From Polyangiaceae bacterium (GTDB lineage: Bacteria; Myxococcota_A; Polyangia; Polyangiales; Polyangiaceae), in assembly GCA_033763455.1 (NCBI GenBank), contig JANRKO010000006.1, forward strand, positions 128,001-192,000: a stretch of DNA of 64,000 nucleotides, written 5' to 3'. The notes beneath the pieces were generated by a model. It was not told the DNA's origin. It saw nothing but the letters and a program-made list of their open reading frames with translations, and searched no databases. Numbering within the stretch: the first letter of the stretch is position 1; every line of letters starts with the position of its first letter. This document shows positions 37,892-48,392 of the stretch, one piece after another. A program made the position numbers and the translations under genes.

Positions 37892-38644
37892 ATGATGCGC
37901 CCCACACTTGCCAATCAGTCCGAGGACCCTACCCAAGCCCCCCCCGGCCTACACGACGCGCTTGAAAGCGGTGCTGGGGCGAAGAACTATTATGCGTGGT
38001 TAACTTCGGCCTGCGCACCATTCATGCGAGGTACCGTTGTGGAACATGGGGCTGGGCGTGGCACGCTGTCTGTCGGGCTAGTCACGGTGGGTGCTCCGCA
38101 GCTTATTCTGACGGAACCGGACGCGCAGATGTCGAGCGCGCTCCGAGCGCGATTCGGTGCCAACAGTGGCGTTGCGATCTTCCAAGGGACGCTGGATGAC
38201 TACTTGGCCGTGGCTGGCCCCAATTCGGTAGATTCTCTTATATCTTCGAATGTTCTTGAACATATCGAGGACGACGAAGCGTGCCTTGCTACGATGAGGA
38301 AGCTGCTTCGCCCAGGGGGCCAATTGGTGCTGTACGTACCCGCTCGTCCCGAGCTTTACGGTGATTTTGATAGACTAGTTGGCCACCATCGGCGCTATCG
38401 CCCCAAGGAATTGCGGCGGAAATTGCTTGCCGCGGGGTTCCAAATTGAGAAGATGGAGTATCGCAACCTCGTTGCTAGCCTGGCGTGGCTCTGGCTCCGG
38501 GTGGCAAAGAAGCAGCACGTGCCCGGGGGCAATGTTGAGTCATTCGATCGGTTTCTCTTCCCGCTTCTTCGACGAATCGAAGACGTTGTCCCCCTGCCAT
38601 ACGGGTTGAACATCCTAACCATTGCTAGCTGGTCGGGAGGGTGA
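37892..38644 (+). CDS. Class I SAM-dependent methyltransferase
   Basis: EHGAGRG; NVLEHIEDD; LRPGG; GHHRRY. Confidence 0.88.
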   Translation: MMRPTLANQSEDPTQAPPGLHDALESGAGAKNYYAWLTSACAPFMRGTVVEHGAGRGTLSVGLVTVGAPQLILTEPDAQMSSALRARFGANSGVAIFQGTLDDYLAVAGPNSVDSLISSNVLEHIEDDEACLATMRKLLRPGGQLVLYVPARPELYGDFDRLVGHHRRYRPKELRRKLLAAGFQIEKMEYRNLVASLAWLWLRVAKKQHVPGGNVESFDRFLFPLLRRIEDVVPLPYGLNILTIASWSGG

Positions 38645-38674
38645 GCTTCGTAGCTTGCCCCATGGGGGGGCCAC

Positions 38675-39268
38675 ATGGCGCGGTCATTTTTGAGTCGGGG
38701 GCGCTCCAAAGTCCCCCGGGAAGGGTTGCGTCGCGCCCCACGTCGTAGCATGGTGCCTCGCGCGGTGATCGAGAGCTGGCGAAACTCAGCATTGTTTGCT
38801 CAAGTGCTTGAACACACTCCCCAACCTGGGGCGCTCATTTTAGAGATGGCCCGTGTGCTGAAGGACGGCGGGAAGCTCATCCTCTCGGCCCCTTTCCAGT
38901 TCCGGTTACACGAGCAACCGCATGACTATTTTCGCTACAGGCCGCACGGGCTTCGCTCCTTATGTGAGGCTGCAGGATTGGAGATCCTGGAGGTCCACAA
39001 TCAGGGGAGCCTATGGAGCGTGATCGCGCACAAACTGAATAGTTACCTTGCATTGAACGTGGCTCGTTTAGGGGGCCTTGCCCAAGCCGTTGGGAATCTC
39101 CCTCACGAAGGCGCATCTTCTGTGCGTATGCGAGTGTGGCCTCTTCCACTTGTGGCACCAACGATGCTCGCCCTTTCTGGCACGGCGCCTGTCATGGATC
39201 GTTTTTTTTCTGACCCCGAAGAAGCTCTTGGATTTCTGATTGTCGCCCAACGAATAAGGCCCGTATGA
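38675..39268 (+). pseudogene. 5'-truncated class I methyltransferase (probable remnant)
   Basis: C-terminal half QVLEH...MARVLKDGG..ILSAPF...HEQPHDYFRY present; no SAM-binding GxG motif I in the preceding ~40 aa or seen in other frames. Confidence 0.6.
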
Positions 39269-40260
39269 TAGTTTCCCGCGCACCAGTTAGGTTTTCCCTC
39301 GGTGGGGGCGGCACCGATCTCCCCAGCTACTCTTCCGAGCATGGGGGCTTTCTTGTAGCTGCCGCAATCGATAAGTATATCTACGTCAGCGCGAATCGTC
39401 GATTCTACGATACGATCCGCCTCGCTTACTCGAAGACCGAGACGGTTGATGCAATCGATAAGATAGAACATCGAATTTTTCGGGAAGCACTGCGCTTTAC
39501 GGGGATCAACCAGGGAATTGAGCTCACCAGCGTGGCCGATGTGCCGCCCAATTCTGGGCTCGGTTCATCCAGCAGTTTCACAGTGGCTCTACTCAATGCT
39601 CTCCACACCTTCAAGCATGAATTCATCTCAAGTGAGCAGCTTGCCAAGGAAGCCTGCCACATCGAGATGGAGGTTCTGAAGGAGCCTATCGGTAAACAGG
39701 ATCAATATATCGCTGCCTACGGAGGGATTACGGCGTTCACCTTCAATCCTGACGGCAGCGTAGCGGTTGAGCGCCTGCCTGTTCGCCCTGAGGTTATCGA
39801 TGAGCTTGAGTCAAACCTGCTCATCTTTTATTCGGGGGTTGAGCGGGCCGCGGCCAGTGTGCTTGCCGAGCAAGGGAAGAACATTCAGCAGAATCAGAGC
39901 AATGCGGTCGAGCGTATGCACCGAATCAAGGAGCTCGGCCTGGAGACTCGTCGAATCCTGCTGGATGGCAATGTCGACGCCTACGGGGAGCTGCTCCACG
40001 AGCATTGGTCGAATAAGCGCAAGCTAGCCGGGAACATGACAGACCCGACGATTGACGAGCACTACGAAGCTGCACGCACGGCTGGTGCCATCGGCGGTAA
40101 GCTCATGGGTGCGGGCGGTGGCGGATTCTTCATGTTCTATGCGTTGCCTGCCAATCGCAGACGTGTGTACGACGCACTCACGAAGCGCGGCCTCAAGCCG
40201 CTGAGGTTTCGTTTCGATACGAGCGGCGCACGCATTGTGGCAAACCTCCGGCAGTCTTAG
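39265..40260 (+). CDS. hddA: D-glycero-D-manno-heptose-7-phosphate kinase (GHMP family)
   Basis: RAPVRFSLGGGGTD; PPNSGLGSSS; GKQDQY; GGKLMGAGGGGF. Confidence 0.88.
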   Translation: MIVSRAPVRFSLGGGGTDLPSYSSEHGGFLVAAAIDKYIYVSANRRFYDTIRLAYSKTETVDAIDKIEHRIFREALRFTGINQGIELTSVADVPPNSGLGSSSSFTVALLNALHTFKHEFISSEQLAKEACHIEMEVLKEPIGKQDQYIAAYGGITAFTFNPDGSVAVERLPVRPEVIDELESNLLIFYSGVERAAASVLAEQGKNIQQNQSNAVERMHRIKELGLETRRILLDGNVDAYGELLHEHWSNKRKLAGNMTDPTIDEHYEAARTAGAIGGKLMGAGGGGFFMFYALPANRRRVYDALTKRGLKPLRFRFDTSGARIVANLRQS

Positions 40261-40290
40261 CCCCTAGAAAACCGCCGTCCGGGTAGGTAG

Positions 40291-41850
40291 TTATGGCCGG
40301 TATTTAGGGACATTGGGCGTTCGGTTGCCGCATACCGACAGCAGCTTGACGAACTTCGCGTCCAGTTCCGGATTAAAGGCGCGAAAATGCCCATTGTACC
40401 CTTGGTAGCCAATCAGGACTCCGAGGACAATACTCGCAAGCGCAAGCAGGGAAACAAAACTGAATGTCAGGCCTCTCGCCCTTCTTCCCAGTGGGTGAGA
40501 GCTGAGTGCATAGGCTCCAAGCAAGGACACCAATACGAGGCCGAAAGTGACGTCACTCAGGTAACGCATGGTGGCACTGTAGATCCCCGTTCCGATGAGG
40601 CCTGTGAAACTGGCTAATGTACAAAATACGATCAAACACCAGACGTAGCCTCGAGTGCGCAAGTTCCTGAGATTAAACGGACGTGGGGCAAGCAAGAATG
40701 CAAGAGGTGACAGCCACGTGATTGGAACGGCGCGCAGCCATCCGATTACCGGTTCAGAAATCATGTAACCCGGGGGTAACTGGTAGCCGCGAGGGAAAGC
40801 GTCTGTTCCCATAGCCCACACTTGAAACACATAAGGAAATTGGCAAGAAAGTACCCCCGGGCGGAGCATATATGAGTATAAGTTCGGTAAGAGGTATGAC
40901 GCTGAAAGGTGTATTTGCGGTACGCCCGAAGTCTGCATGTTAGTGCCGAATTCGAGCCAGCTGTCGAACCTCAACTTGTTGTAGTAGAGCAGGGCACTAG
41001 CGATTAGGGCTACCGGCGCTCCGAGTGAGATGCTGCCGCTGAGCACTTGTCTTACCGGTTGCTTTGACGTCCATGCGCCGGCCACCGCGGTTACGCAGCA
41101 GAATATCGCCACAGCAGGGGCAACGCTTATACGGCACGCGAGGGCAAGGCCGAATCCCAAACCGGCCAGAGCTAGGCGGGCGTGGTGCGCGCGGCGTATT
41201 CCCGAGTACCACACGGCGTCGAATGCTGCCACTAGTGCTCCGAGCAGGCACGTTTGGGCTGAGACGATGGATACGGTGTACGTGCTCGCAGTGGAAGCAG
41301 CGTGCAAGGTCGGATTCGCGCACACCAGCGTCAACGTCCCGAGTATCAACAGAGGTCGTGAAACTCCTCCAAATAACCGGCGCCCCACCCTCTCAACCAT
41401 AAGCGCTGAGAACCAAGCGCCAAGGCACATGAAGAACATCACGAGGTATTGGTCGCCGATGCTACGCTTGATTTGCAGTAGCGACTTTGCCGCTGCTTGG
41501 AGCATGGCGGGCATAGGGCCCCAGTAGACGTAGTACTTCCCCTTGTAGAAGCTTGCGTCCAGCATCCAGTACCTGAAATTGACCCGATCCAAGGGGTTCT
41601 TTGCGTTGACCAGCGCCGGATCCGGAGTTACAGGAAGGTAGAGGTGCCCGCTTCGAAAGCCTTCGGCCAGCAAGTCGTGGTACGTGCCATAGGTGGGCCA
41701 ACGTGAAAGCCCTCCGGCTGAGATGAAGTACCAGTAGATGCCGCAGGAAAGTAGGGTCACTGCGAGAAGCCAGAGTGGCCGAAGTGAGGCGCGCGCGCGG
41801 CCAGGAATCAACTGGGCCTCCGACCGCTCCATAAGGAGCGCCGAGAACAT
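40291..41850 (-). CDS. Polytopic membrane protein, GT-C-like
   Basis: Loop YHDLLAEGF..G.L...NP...DAS.Y.GKYY.YWGP after TM1; many TM segments; late RY motif. Confidence 0.6.
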   Translation of the reverse strand: MFSALLMERSEAQLIPGRARASLRPLWLLAVTLLSCGIYWYFISAGGLSRWPTYGTYHDLLAEGFRSGHLYLPVTPDPALVNAKNPLDRVNFRYWMLDASFYKGKYYVYWGPMPAMLQAAAKSLLQIKRSIGDQYLVMFFMCLGAWFSALMVERVGRRLFGGVSRPLLILGTLTLVCANPTLHAASTASTYTVSIVSAQTCLLGALVAAFDAVWYSGIRRAHHARLALAGLGFGLALACRISVAPAVAIFCCVTAVAGAWTSKQPVRQVLSGSISLGAPVALIASALLYYNKLRFDSWLEFGTNMQTSGVPQIHLSASYLLPNLYSYMLRPGVLSCQFPYVFQVWAMGTDAFPRGYQLPPGYMISEPVIGWLRAVPITWLSPLAFLLAPRPFNLRNLRTRGYVWCLIVFCTLASFTGLIGTGIYSATMRYLSDVTFGLVLVSLLGAYALSSHPLGRRARGLTFSFVSLLALASIVLGVLIGYQGYNGHFRAFNPELDAKFVKLLSVCGNRTPNVPKYRP

Positions 41851-42040
41851 TGCGTGGGCAGTCTAAACACGGTCGGACACTACTTCTTTTGCCGTGCGGA
41901 GGGCTAGCGTGAAGTAACGATGAGATGTCCAAGCGTGCAGTTCACGCGGGGGCTTATGGCGGGCCAATAGGGTTGCCCGAGGGCCTTACCCCGAGTACGT
42001 AGGCGCCGCCTAAGTTATTTGCCGTCGCTTTGGTCCCGCA

Positions 42041-43984
42041 ATGCAATTGCCCTACACCACCGACTATCCCGGAGCGGTTTCTTCTGCCGCACAAGCTCTC
42101 GGGTTTACATTCTCTGCGGTTGTCTTGTGGCGGCCACTGCGGTCTCGCTCGGCAACAGCGTTATTTGTCGCGGCAATACTGGTAGCGGCGGCTCTGCCAA
42201 TTTTCGGAGGGCAGTGGCTCGCGTTAGCACCGCAACTGAAACTGGTGAACGTTCTCCAAGCCTCCAGTCTACTCGCCTTGCTCGCCATGCTCGCGCAGCG
42301 TCCGGCATGGCTCAAGGCACTTGCAACAGTGGGCGTCGGCGTACTCTTGGTGCTTACTCGGTTCATCAAGGGATCTGACGACGAGCTAATGTTTGCTCAC
42401 CTGTTTTGTTATGGCGTCCTTTATGGGGCCTACCTGTCCACAGTGGCGCCACCCACACGGAACTGGCGCCTGTACGTTCGTTCAGATTCTTTTCGGTCCC
42501 ACGATGCAGTTGTGTTTACGGTGGCGGTGGCAGCCGCTTTTTCCGTAACCCATCTGGTTTTTGATGCGCGCACTGCGAACGGCGACGAGCTAGCGAATAC
42601 CTTTCAGGCCAGCCTTTATGCGCAGCTCAAGGCCTATGCGCCGATCCCAAAGTGCCCCGAGGCTTTTGAGAACTGGTGGGTGTTTCGTCATGCGGGGCGA
42701 GCGTTTTCGCAATACACGCCCGGTTGGCCCCTTTTTATGGCGGTGTTTGTGCCCTTGGGCGCGCTGCCCCTAGCTGGCCCCGTCATGTTTGGAATTCTCT
42801 CCGTGGCGGTTGCGCGCATTTCTCGTCGGCTGGCGAGTGCCCTCGGCGATGCAAGGAACTCTAGGAGAATCGTTGCCACAGCGGGAGTGTTGGGTCCTCT
42901 CTTCGCAATGCTAGGCCCCTCGCTTATGCTAAACGCAGCTTCACGCTTTTCGCATACCATGGTGTGCGCATGTTTCGCGTGGAGCGTTGAAAGTCTATGT
43001 GTCGTTTCTGAGCGCGGGGTCTCGCGTCACCGTTCTTGGCGGTACGGAACGGTCCTTGGTGCTTCGACGGTCTTGGGGCTGGCGACACGGCCGGCGGATG
43101 GGGCGATGCTCGGTATAGGGATCTTCTTGTATTTCTTGCGTGCGGCGGTGGGCTGTCGCATCAGTTGGCGCACCTTCTGGGCTATGGCACTAGCGTTTTC
43201 CTTGTTCGGCGCACTTACCTTGATCATTCTCCGGCTGCAATTGGGAGAATGGTTCCAGACCGCGTACGCCTTGGGCCCTTCAATCCATCCAGAAGCCAAG
43301 ATGGTATTTAGCGTGCCCAAGCCCAACGAGTTCAAGTATGGATTCCCTCTAGCTACTGGGTCCTATTGCTGGTGGCCCGCTGCCCCTGCTTTGGGCGTTG
43401 CGGGGCTAATGCAGGCATTGGCCGGTCGGGAACGGAGGATCCCCTTTATGTTCGTGACCAGCGGGTTGCCTCATCTCATCCTTTACGCGCTGGTTGAGTT
43501 TGGACGGGGTGTCGATAACGGGCTCGGCCCACGCTACCAATTGCCATTGGTGGTGCCCATGGCCACAGGCATGGCAGCGCTCCTGGCGCCACTGGCTGTT
43601 ACCTTCGCCGCACAAGTGCACATGCGTTGGCGTGCTCGGGTTGGGGCACTCGCCTGCGCGGTCGTAGCCGCTGGTGCCATAGTCCACGGAGTGGTTCGAA
43701 TCGCGCCCCTAGTGTATCCCGTGGCTGCCACTGAAAACAGGCATGCGACCAGCCCAATCCGTAATGCGCAGGAGCGCGCCCTAAAGCAAGCGATTGTTTG
43801 GATCATTCCCGGTGACGCAACCGCTCACGAGACCAACCTCGCGCAGAACGACCCCACTGAACCGAACCCCGACGTGTTCTTCTTCATATGGCGAGGGGTG
43901 CAAACGGAGCAGTGCGTCAGCAAGAATTTCCCTGGGCGTACTTGGTACCGCTCGGACCGCGCTGGCGCGATCAGGCCGTTCTAA
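42041..43984 (+). CDS. Polytopic membrane protein, PMT-like GT-C
   Basis: GDE...FQA; FSQYTPGWP; TRP.D; GPRY; many TM segments. Confidence 0.65.
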   Translation: MQLPYTTDYPGAVSSAAQALGFTFSAVVLWRPLRSRSATALFVAAILVAAALPIFGGQWLALAPQLKLVNVLQASSLLALLAMLAQRPAWLKALATVGVGVLLVLTRFIKGSDDELMFAHLFCYGVLYGAYLSTVAPPTRNWRLYVRSDSFRSHDAVVFTVAVAAAFSVTHLVFDARTANGDELANTFQASLYAQLKAYAPIPKCPEAFENWWVFRHAGRAFSQYTPGWPLFMAVFVPLGALPLAGPVMFGILSVAVARISRRLASALGDARNSRRIVATAGVLGPLFAMLGPSLMLNAASRFSHTMVCACFAWSVESLCVVSERGVSRHRSWRYGTVLGASTVLGLATRPADGAMLGIGIFLYFLRAAVGCRISWRTFWAMALAFSLFGALTLIILRLQLGEWFQTAYALGPSIHPEAKMVFSVPKPNEFKYGFPLATGSYCWWPAAPALGVAGLMQALAGRERRIPFMFVTSGLPHLILYALVEFGRGVDNGLGPRYQLPLVVPMATGMAALLAPLAVTFAAQVHMRWRARVGALACAVVAAGAIVHGVVRIAPLVYPVAATENRHATSPIRNAQERALKQAIVWIIPGDATAHETNLAQNDPTEPNPDVFFFIWRGVQTEQCVSKNFPGRTWYRSDRAGAIRPF

Positions 43985-44002
43985 GATCGATAAGTCAATA
44001 CC

Positions 44003-44902
44003 TCACCCCCGCGCTGCCAAGAACGCCACCACCTCCGCACGCGTGGGTATAGAAGCCATGGCCCCCCGCCGACTCACGGATACCGCTGCCGCCGCACACG
44101 CATCGCGCAGCGCCTCCGGCCAAGCTAACCCGGCATCCAGATTCGCTAGCAAATAACCCACGAAACAATCGCCCGCCGCCACCGTATCTACAGCTTTTAC
44201 GGAAAACGCAGAAACCTGGTGTTGTTTGCCGTCCACGAGGGCGACCACGCCTCGCGCACCGTGGGTCACGACCACCGCAGCCTTGGGGCAGAGTTCACGG
44301 AGCCGGGCGGGCTCCGTACTTCCGGCGAGCGCCTCAGCCTCGATTTCGTTGACGATGAGGATATCCACCAAGTTCAACGGGAACTTCTTCACCGCGTCCG
44401 TCATGGGAGCGGGATTGAGGGCCACTTTATGGCCGTGCTTTTTGGCGAGCTCAATGCAACGCGCCACGTCATTCGTTTCGTTTTGTAGAAGCACCGTGGC
44501 GGGCGGGCGAGCACCGAGCTCGGCATCGATCCGCGCAATATCGAGTCTCTGGTTCGCGCCACCAAAAATTACAATGCTGTTCATGCCTCCGCGATCGACT
44601 TGGATCACGGCGTGGCCGCTCGGCTCGTCGACAACCTCTAGCAACTCCACGTTGGTGCCCGCCCGGCCGAGCTCGTCGCGCAACCACACTCCATCCCGGC
44701 CGACCTTACCAACATGCGCTACCGCGGCTCCCGCGCGCGCTAAAGCCAGGGATTGGTTGGCGCCTTTGCCCCCTCCGAGTACGGCGTACTCCTCACTGGA
44801 GATGGTTTCGCCGGGGGCAGCGAGGTGTTCGACGCGGTAGACGTGGTCAAGATTGATCGAGCCAATGTTAATAATCACGGGAGTCCTCGGGGCGGGCGGC
44901 AT
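44003..44902 (-). CDS. rbsK: Ribokinase (PfkB family)
   Basis: GSINLD; GGKGANQ; NPAP; NEIEA; DTVAAGDCF. Confidence 0.9.
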   Translation of the reverse strand: MPPAPRTPVIINIGSINLDHVYRVEHLAAPGETISSEEYAVLGGGKGANQSLALARAGAAVAHVGKVGRDGVWLRDELGRAGTNVELLEVVDEPSGHAVIQVDRGGMNSIVIFGGANQRLDIARIDAELGARPPATVLLQNETNDVARCIELAKKHGHKVALNPAPMTDAVKKFPLNLVDILIVNEIEAEALAGSTEPARLRELCPKAAVVVTHGARGVVALVDGKQHQVSAFSVKAVDTVAAGDCFVGYLLANLDAGLAWPEALRDACAAAAVSVSRRGAMASIPTRAEVVAFLAARG

Positions 44903-45041
44903 TGTGCCAACCGCTCACGGCCTTGTATACGGCGCCTCGGTTCTGTCGAGAATTCCACAATTCGTGAGATCTCGAGGGCTGTGCTCTCAGAATTGGCTAG
45001 GATCTGCGCGTTGGCTCCGATAATTTGTGTTCTCGAGTCGT

Positions 45042-45923
45042 ATGCTTGCCGCTGAGGGTCCGTACACGCCCTGGATACACCTGGCCGACAATGGGCCGCG
45101 TCCTCCAGGTTGGAGCATTCATCAACGGGTGCTTTCGCACTACCTGCTCGTGGTGAGCTACGAGGGGCAGGAAGAGAACATCATTAACGGCCGGGCTTAC
45201 ACGGTGCCGCGCAATGGCGCCTACCTGGTGCAGCCCGGAGTATTGACGCAGCTTATCTCTTCGCCGGGGGGCAGCCGGCCGTCGTGGGTTCACTTTGACG
45301 TGAAGTTTAACCAGCGCCGTGATGAACACCGGGACACGATGTCGTTTGACACTGATCTAGACCTTCGTTCGCACTTGGCACAGCCGGGTGCCCGCGAAGT
45401 GTGGGGTGTAGATCTGCCGGTGATGGTGCCCGAAGCCCTCACACCACTGTTCGCGCGCAGTCTCGATCCAATTGTGGAGCTGTGGAGAACTGGGGACCGT
45501 TACGATCAGATCAAGGCCAACCATGATCTGGCTGGCCTCCTCTTGGCATGGGTTCAATCTGCTCGGCCCACCGAGGTGCGCCTGCCGTTGGACTTACCTG
45601 CCCGTTTGCGCCGTGCAGAAGCCATTGCTCGCGAACGGCTGGCCCATGGCTTCGACGTTGAGGAGTTTGCTCAGGCCGCCGGGTTCAGCCGTGCACATTT
45701 CAGCAAGATTTATCGGCAGGAGCGCGGCGTGAGCCCGGGTCACGCCCTCCGCAATTTGAGGCTGGAAACGGCCGAACATTTGCTGTCGAGCACAGCGCTT
45801 GGCATCAACGATGTCGCTCGCTTGGTGGGGTATCCGGACAGTACCGTTTTTAGTCGTACCTTTCGGCAGCGCCACGGAACAACGCCTTCGGCCTGGCGGC
45901 AAGAGCGCCTGAGTACGGGTTGA
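45042..45923 (+). CDS. AraC family regulator, divergent from rbsK
   Basis: SRAHFSK; VGYPDSTVFSRTFR...GTTPS. Confidence 0.9.
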   Translation: MLAAEGPYTPWIHLADNGPRPPGWSIHQRVLSHYLLVVSYEGQEENIINGRAYTVPRNGAYLVQPGVLTQLISSPGGSRPSWVHFDVKFNQRRDEHRDTMSFDTDLDLRSHLAQPGAREVWGVDLPVMVPEALTPLFARSLDPIVELWRTGDRYDQIKANHDLAGLLLAWVQSARPTEVRLPLDLPARLRRAEAIARERLAHGFDVEEFAQAAGFSRAHFSKIYRQERGVSPGHALRNLRLETAEHLLSSTALGINDVARLVGYPDSTVFSRTFRQRHGTTPSAWRQERLSTG

Positions 45924-45933
45924 GTGAACCCCT

Positions 45934-46683
45934 CTAGGGGTTTGCTCCGACGAGTTTTCTGAACTCCGGGTCGCCCTCTAGATACCGATCGGGAAATAGC
46001 ACCACGCGCGAAGGGTGTGTGGAACTCACGATGAGTGCGGTGATCCCGGTGAAGGGGTGGTCAGTGAGCTCGCACAGGGTGAGCTTATCTCCGGTGGGAG
46101 TGGTTTTCTCTGGTCCCGGGCGGTAGCCACCAAAGTCGTTGCAGGTAACCGGGACCGCTATCTCCCATTCCAAGCGAAAGGTGTTCGAGTTGTTAGCTAA
46201 GTAGCGGACCTTGAAGGGCGTGCTAGTGGGTGATTCGACGCTAGCTGTGCAGAATCCAAAATCAGTTGCGCCCCTAGGGGCGCAGCTGACCTTCCCGATG
46301 CGTTCTTTGTTCGCTGCCAGCACGCTCCTGGCCCATCGGAGGAATGGGCGCAGTGGTTGCTTCTGATCTAGCAGTGCTTCCTGCTGGCGTTTTTCAGCCT
46401 CTAGTTGCCGTTGCTTTTCCTCGCGCCCGATCAGATCCGAAAGGCGCGTGATGTCCCATGCCGAGGCCTCCCCGCACACACCCGCGGCAACCTGGAGCTC
46501 AGCCTTGGCAGCCTGGACTTTGCCCTCACGCAGCAACTCCCGAACGCGCTGCCTGCCCTTGGCGCATTCTGGGGGTTCGCCCAAGCGATTGTCACAAGCC
46601 GTGAGCGGTGCGCTCATCAGCGCGGCGAGTAGTAAAGCCGAAAGCCATCTCACATTCGGTGCCCTAGCACGACCTACTGCCAC
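45934..46683 (-). CDS. Hypothetical lipoprotein
   Basis: LTAC lipobox; coiled-coil-like stretch; paired Cys. Confidence 0.65.
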   Translation of the reverse strand: MAVGRARAPNVRWLSALLLAALMSAPLTACDNRLGEPPECAKGRQRVRELLREGKVQAAKAELQVAAGVCGEASAWDITRLSDLIGREEKQRQLEAEKRQQEALLDQKQPLRPFLRWARSVLAANKERIGKVSCAPRGATDFGFCTASVESPTSTPFKVRYLANNSNTFRLEWEIAVPVTCNDFGGYRPGPEKTTPTGDKLTLCELTDHPFTGITALIVSSTHPSRVVLFPDRYLEGDPEFRKLVGANP

Positions 46684-46709
46684 GCGTTAGTAGCTAGCTA
46701 TCATGGTGG

Positions 46710-48392
46710 TCATTGGAGCGCTAAGCGGATAATCTCGATTTCGGCTCGCTCAAGCCCCTCTGAAACCACGCTAATGAGCGCCTTCGTGGGGACGGACCCG
46801 AGGGAGGTCACAGTGATGCGATGCGTCCACGAGCTCGGCCCTATTTCGAGGAGCTCGAGGTGCGCCAAAAGGGGGCGCTCTATGGCTAGGCTTCCGAGAG
46901 CCGTTTCCAGCCGAGTACGCTCAACGCTGCGGGGAACCTCCAGCAACAACGACGCCATTGCCTTGTTCGGGAAGTAGCGGGTTGGGCGAAATAGGCCGAG
47001 GAGATGGGGAACGCGCACCTCAGCGCCATCGAGACCGCTCAACCGCACTTCGAGCAACCCCACCTCCAGCACCCGCCCAGACTGACCTCCGAACTCCACA
47101 TGTTGCCCCACTTCCAAGCGACGTAAGAAGAGGGTGGCGCCGCCCACGGTAGCCGTCGCCAAGAGCGGCAAACTCGCAAGGGCTAGACCTGCGAGCGCTA
47201 ACATGCCCGTGCGGGCTACCGGCCCATCTGGCTCTCCGGTGACGACAGGCGCCACAAATACGACGGCGACCAGTACGATGCCGATGCGGAGTACCAAGCC
47301 GAGAGGCATCGCAAAATCTCTTGGGATCCCCCCAAGCTGAGTTTCCCCCCGGGCGACGCTTTCAAAGAGGAGCCCCAAGAAACGCAATACCAGGAAAACG
47401 GCAAGTGCCACGAGTGCGGCAACGAACAGCACAGGGAGGGCCTGGGCTAGACGGCTGGTGAGCGCCGAAAGGGGAACGAGCACGATGCCCGTGAGGCGTG
47501 AAGTGAAGCCGCGAGTGCTCTCGAAGAGCGACAGGGAAACGACCAAATACGTGTAGAATAGGCCGAACTGTAAGAGCCAGCGCGCCGCGCTCACCGTTAC
47601 CAATAGCGCCCGTTGCACGGGGCCCGGCCCCAAGAGTTCGAACGAGAAGAGCCGGAAGGCGGGCACATCGTCCGCGTTGTCGAGGAGCCACTCACGGATT
47701 CCGCTGGAGACTGCGCGCACCTTCCGCACGAGGTAGAGGCAGAGCAGACCCAGAAAGGCAGTGAGGGCGACTGAAAGCGCCGTGTTGGTAATCGCCTCTC
47801 GGCGCCTCTCGGCGGTAATCTTGGCGCGCAGCTTGGCCTCCAGAGTTGCTGCGAGGGTTTCTACTGAGACCTCCCCGTGGCTTTTGGCGTCCGCGGCCGA
47901 TAACTCAAGAACGGCAACATCTCCGACGAACAAGATCGACAGATCGGCGTTGCGCACTAGGCGAACGTCTTCGGGCTTGGCTCCCGGCAGCGCGGATTTT
48001 AGGGCCTCATTGGCACGTGCTGCGCGCTCATTGGGGCTGTGTGACCCAAGCGGGGATTTGAGCGCGATGAGGAGGTCGTCCCCAAGGCGAACCTCCACAC
48101 TCTGTTGGGTTGGCGGAGAAGGGGCACTGGGCGCTTGGTTCGACTCTGCTAGCTGGGATGGGCTCGCGCTCGGTGCAGAAGATGGGCTGGTGGCCTGCGG
48201 GATTGCTCCGGAGGCGTGTAACTGGATGGCAGAGACGGCGGGCGCTGTGCTTGGGCCCCTTCCTCCCTGCGACGCCCCGGCGTGGTCGGCAGCTGACGCC
48301 CAGCTACCAGCGCTCACCCCAAGCGCGCAGAATAACCCGGATAAGGCAACGATACGGAGACTTCGCAGCAGCTGATGGGCCGACCCAATCAC
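46710..48392 (-). CDS. MscS-family mechanosensitive channel with periplasmic N-terminal domain
   Basis: GTG 48392 overlaps yciB stop; VGQHVEFGGQSGRVLEVGL...VRVP. Confidence 0.85.
   Translation of the reverse strand: MIGSAHQLLRSLRIVALSGLFCALGVSAGSWASAADHAGASQGGRGPSTAPAVSAIQLHASGAIPQATSPSSAPSASPSQLAESNQAPSAPSPPTQQSVEVRLGDDLLIALKSPLGSHSPNERAARANEALKSALPGAKPEDVRLVRNADLSILFVGDVAVLELSAADAKSHGEVSVETLAATLEAKLRAKITAERRREAITNTALSVALTAFLGLLCLYLVRKVRAVSSGIREWLLDNADDVPAFRLFSFELLGPGPVQRALLVTVSAARWLLQFGLFYTYLVVSLSLFESTRGFTSRLTGIVLVPLSALTSRLAQALPVLFVAALVALAVFLVLRFLGLLFESVARGETQLGGIPRDFAMPLGLVLRIGIVLVAVVFVAPVVTGEPDGPVARTGMLALAGLALASLPLLATATVGGATLFLRRLEVGQHVEFGGQSGRVLEVGLLEVRLSGLDGAEVRVPHLLGLFRPTRYFPNKAMASLLLEVPRSVERTRLETALGSLAIERPLLAHLELLEIGPSSWTHRITVTSLGSVPTKALISVVSEGLERAEIEIIRLALQ

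Noticed and set aside
27748..43984. Genomic island integrated at tRNA-Arg carrying the heptose locus
   Set aside because: No integrase and no duplicated tRNA 3' end noticed by eye; no obvious compositional break.
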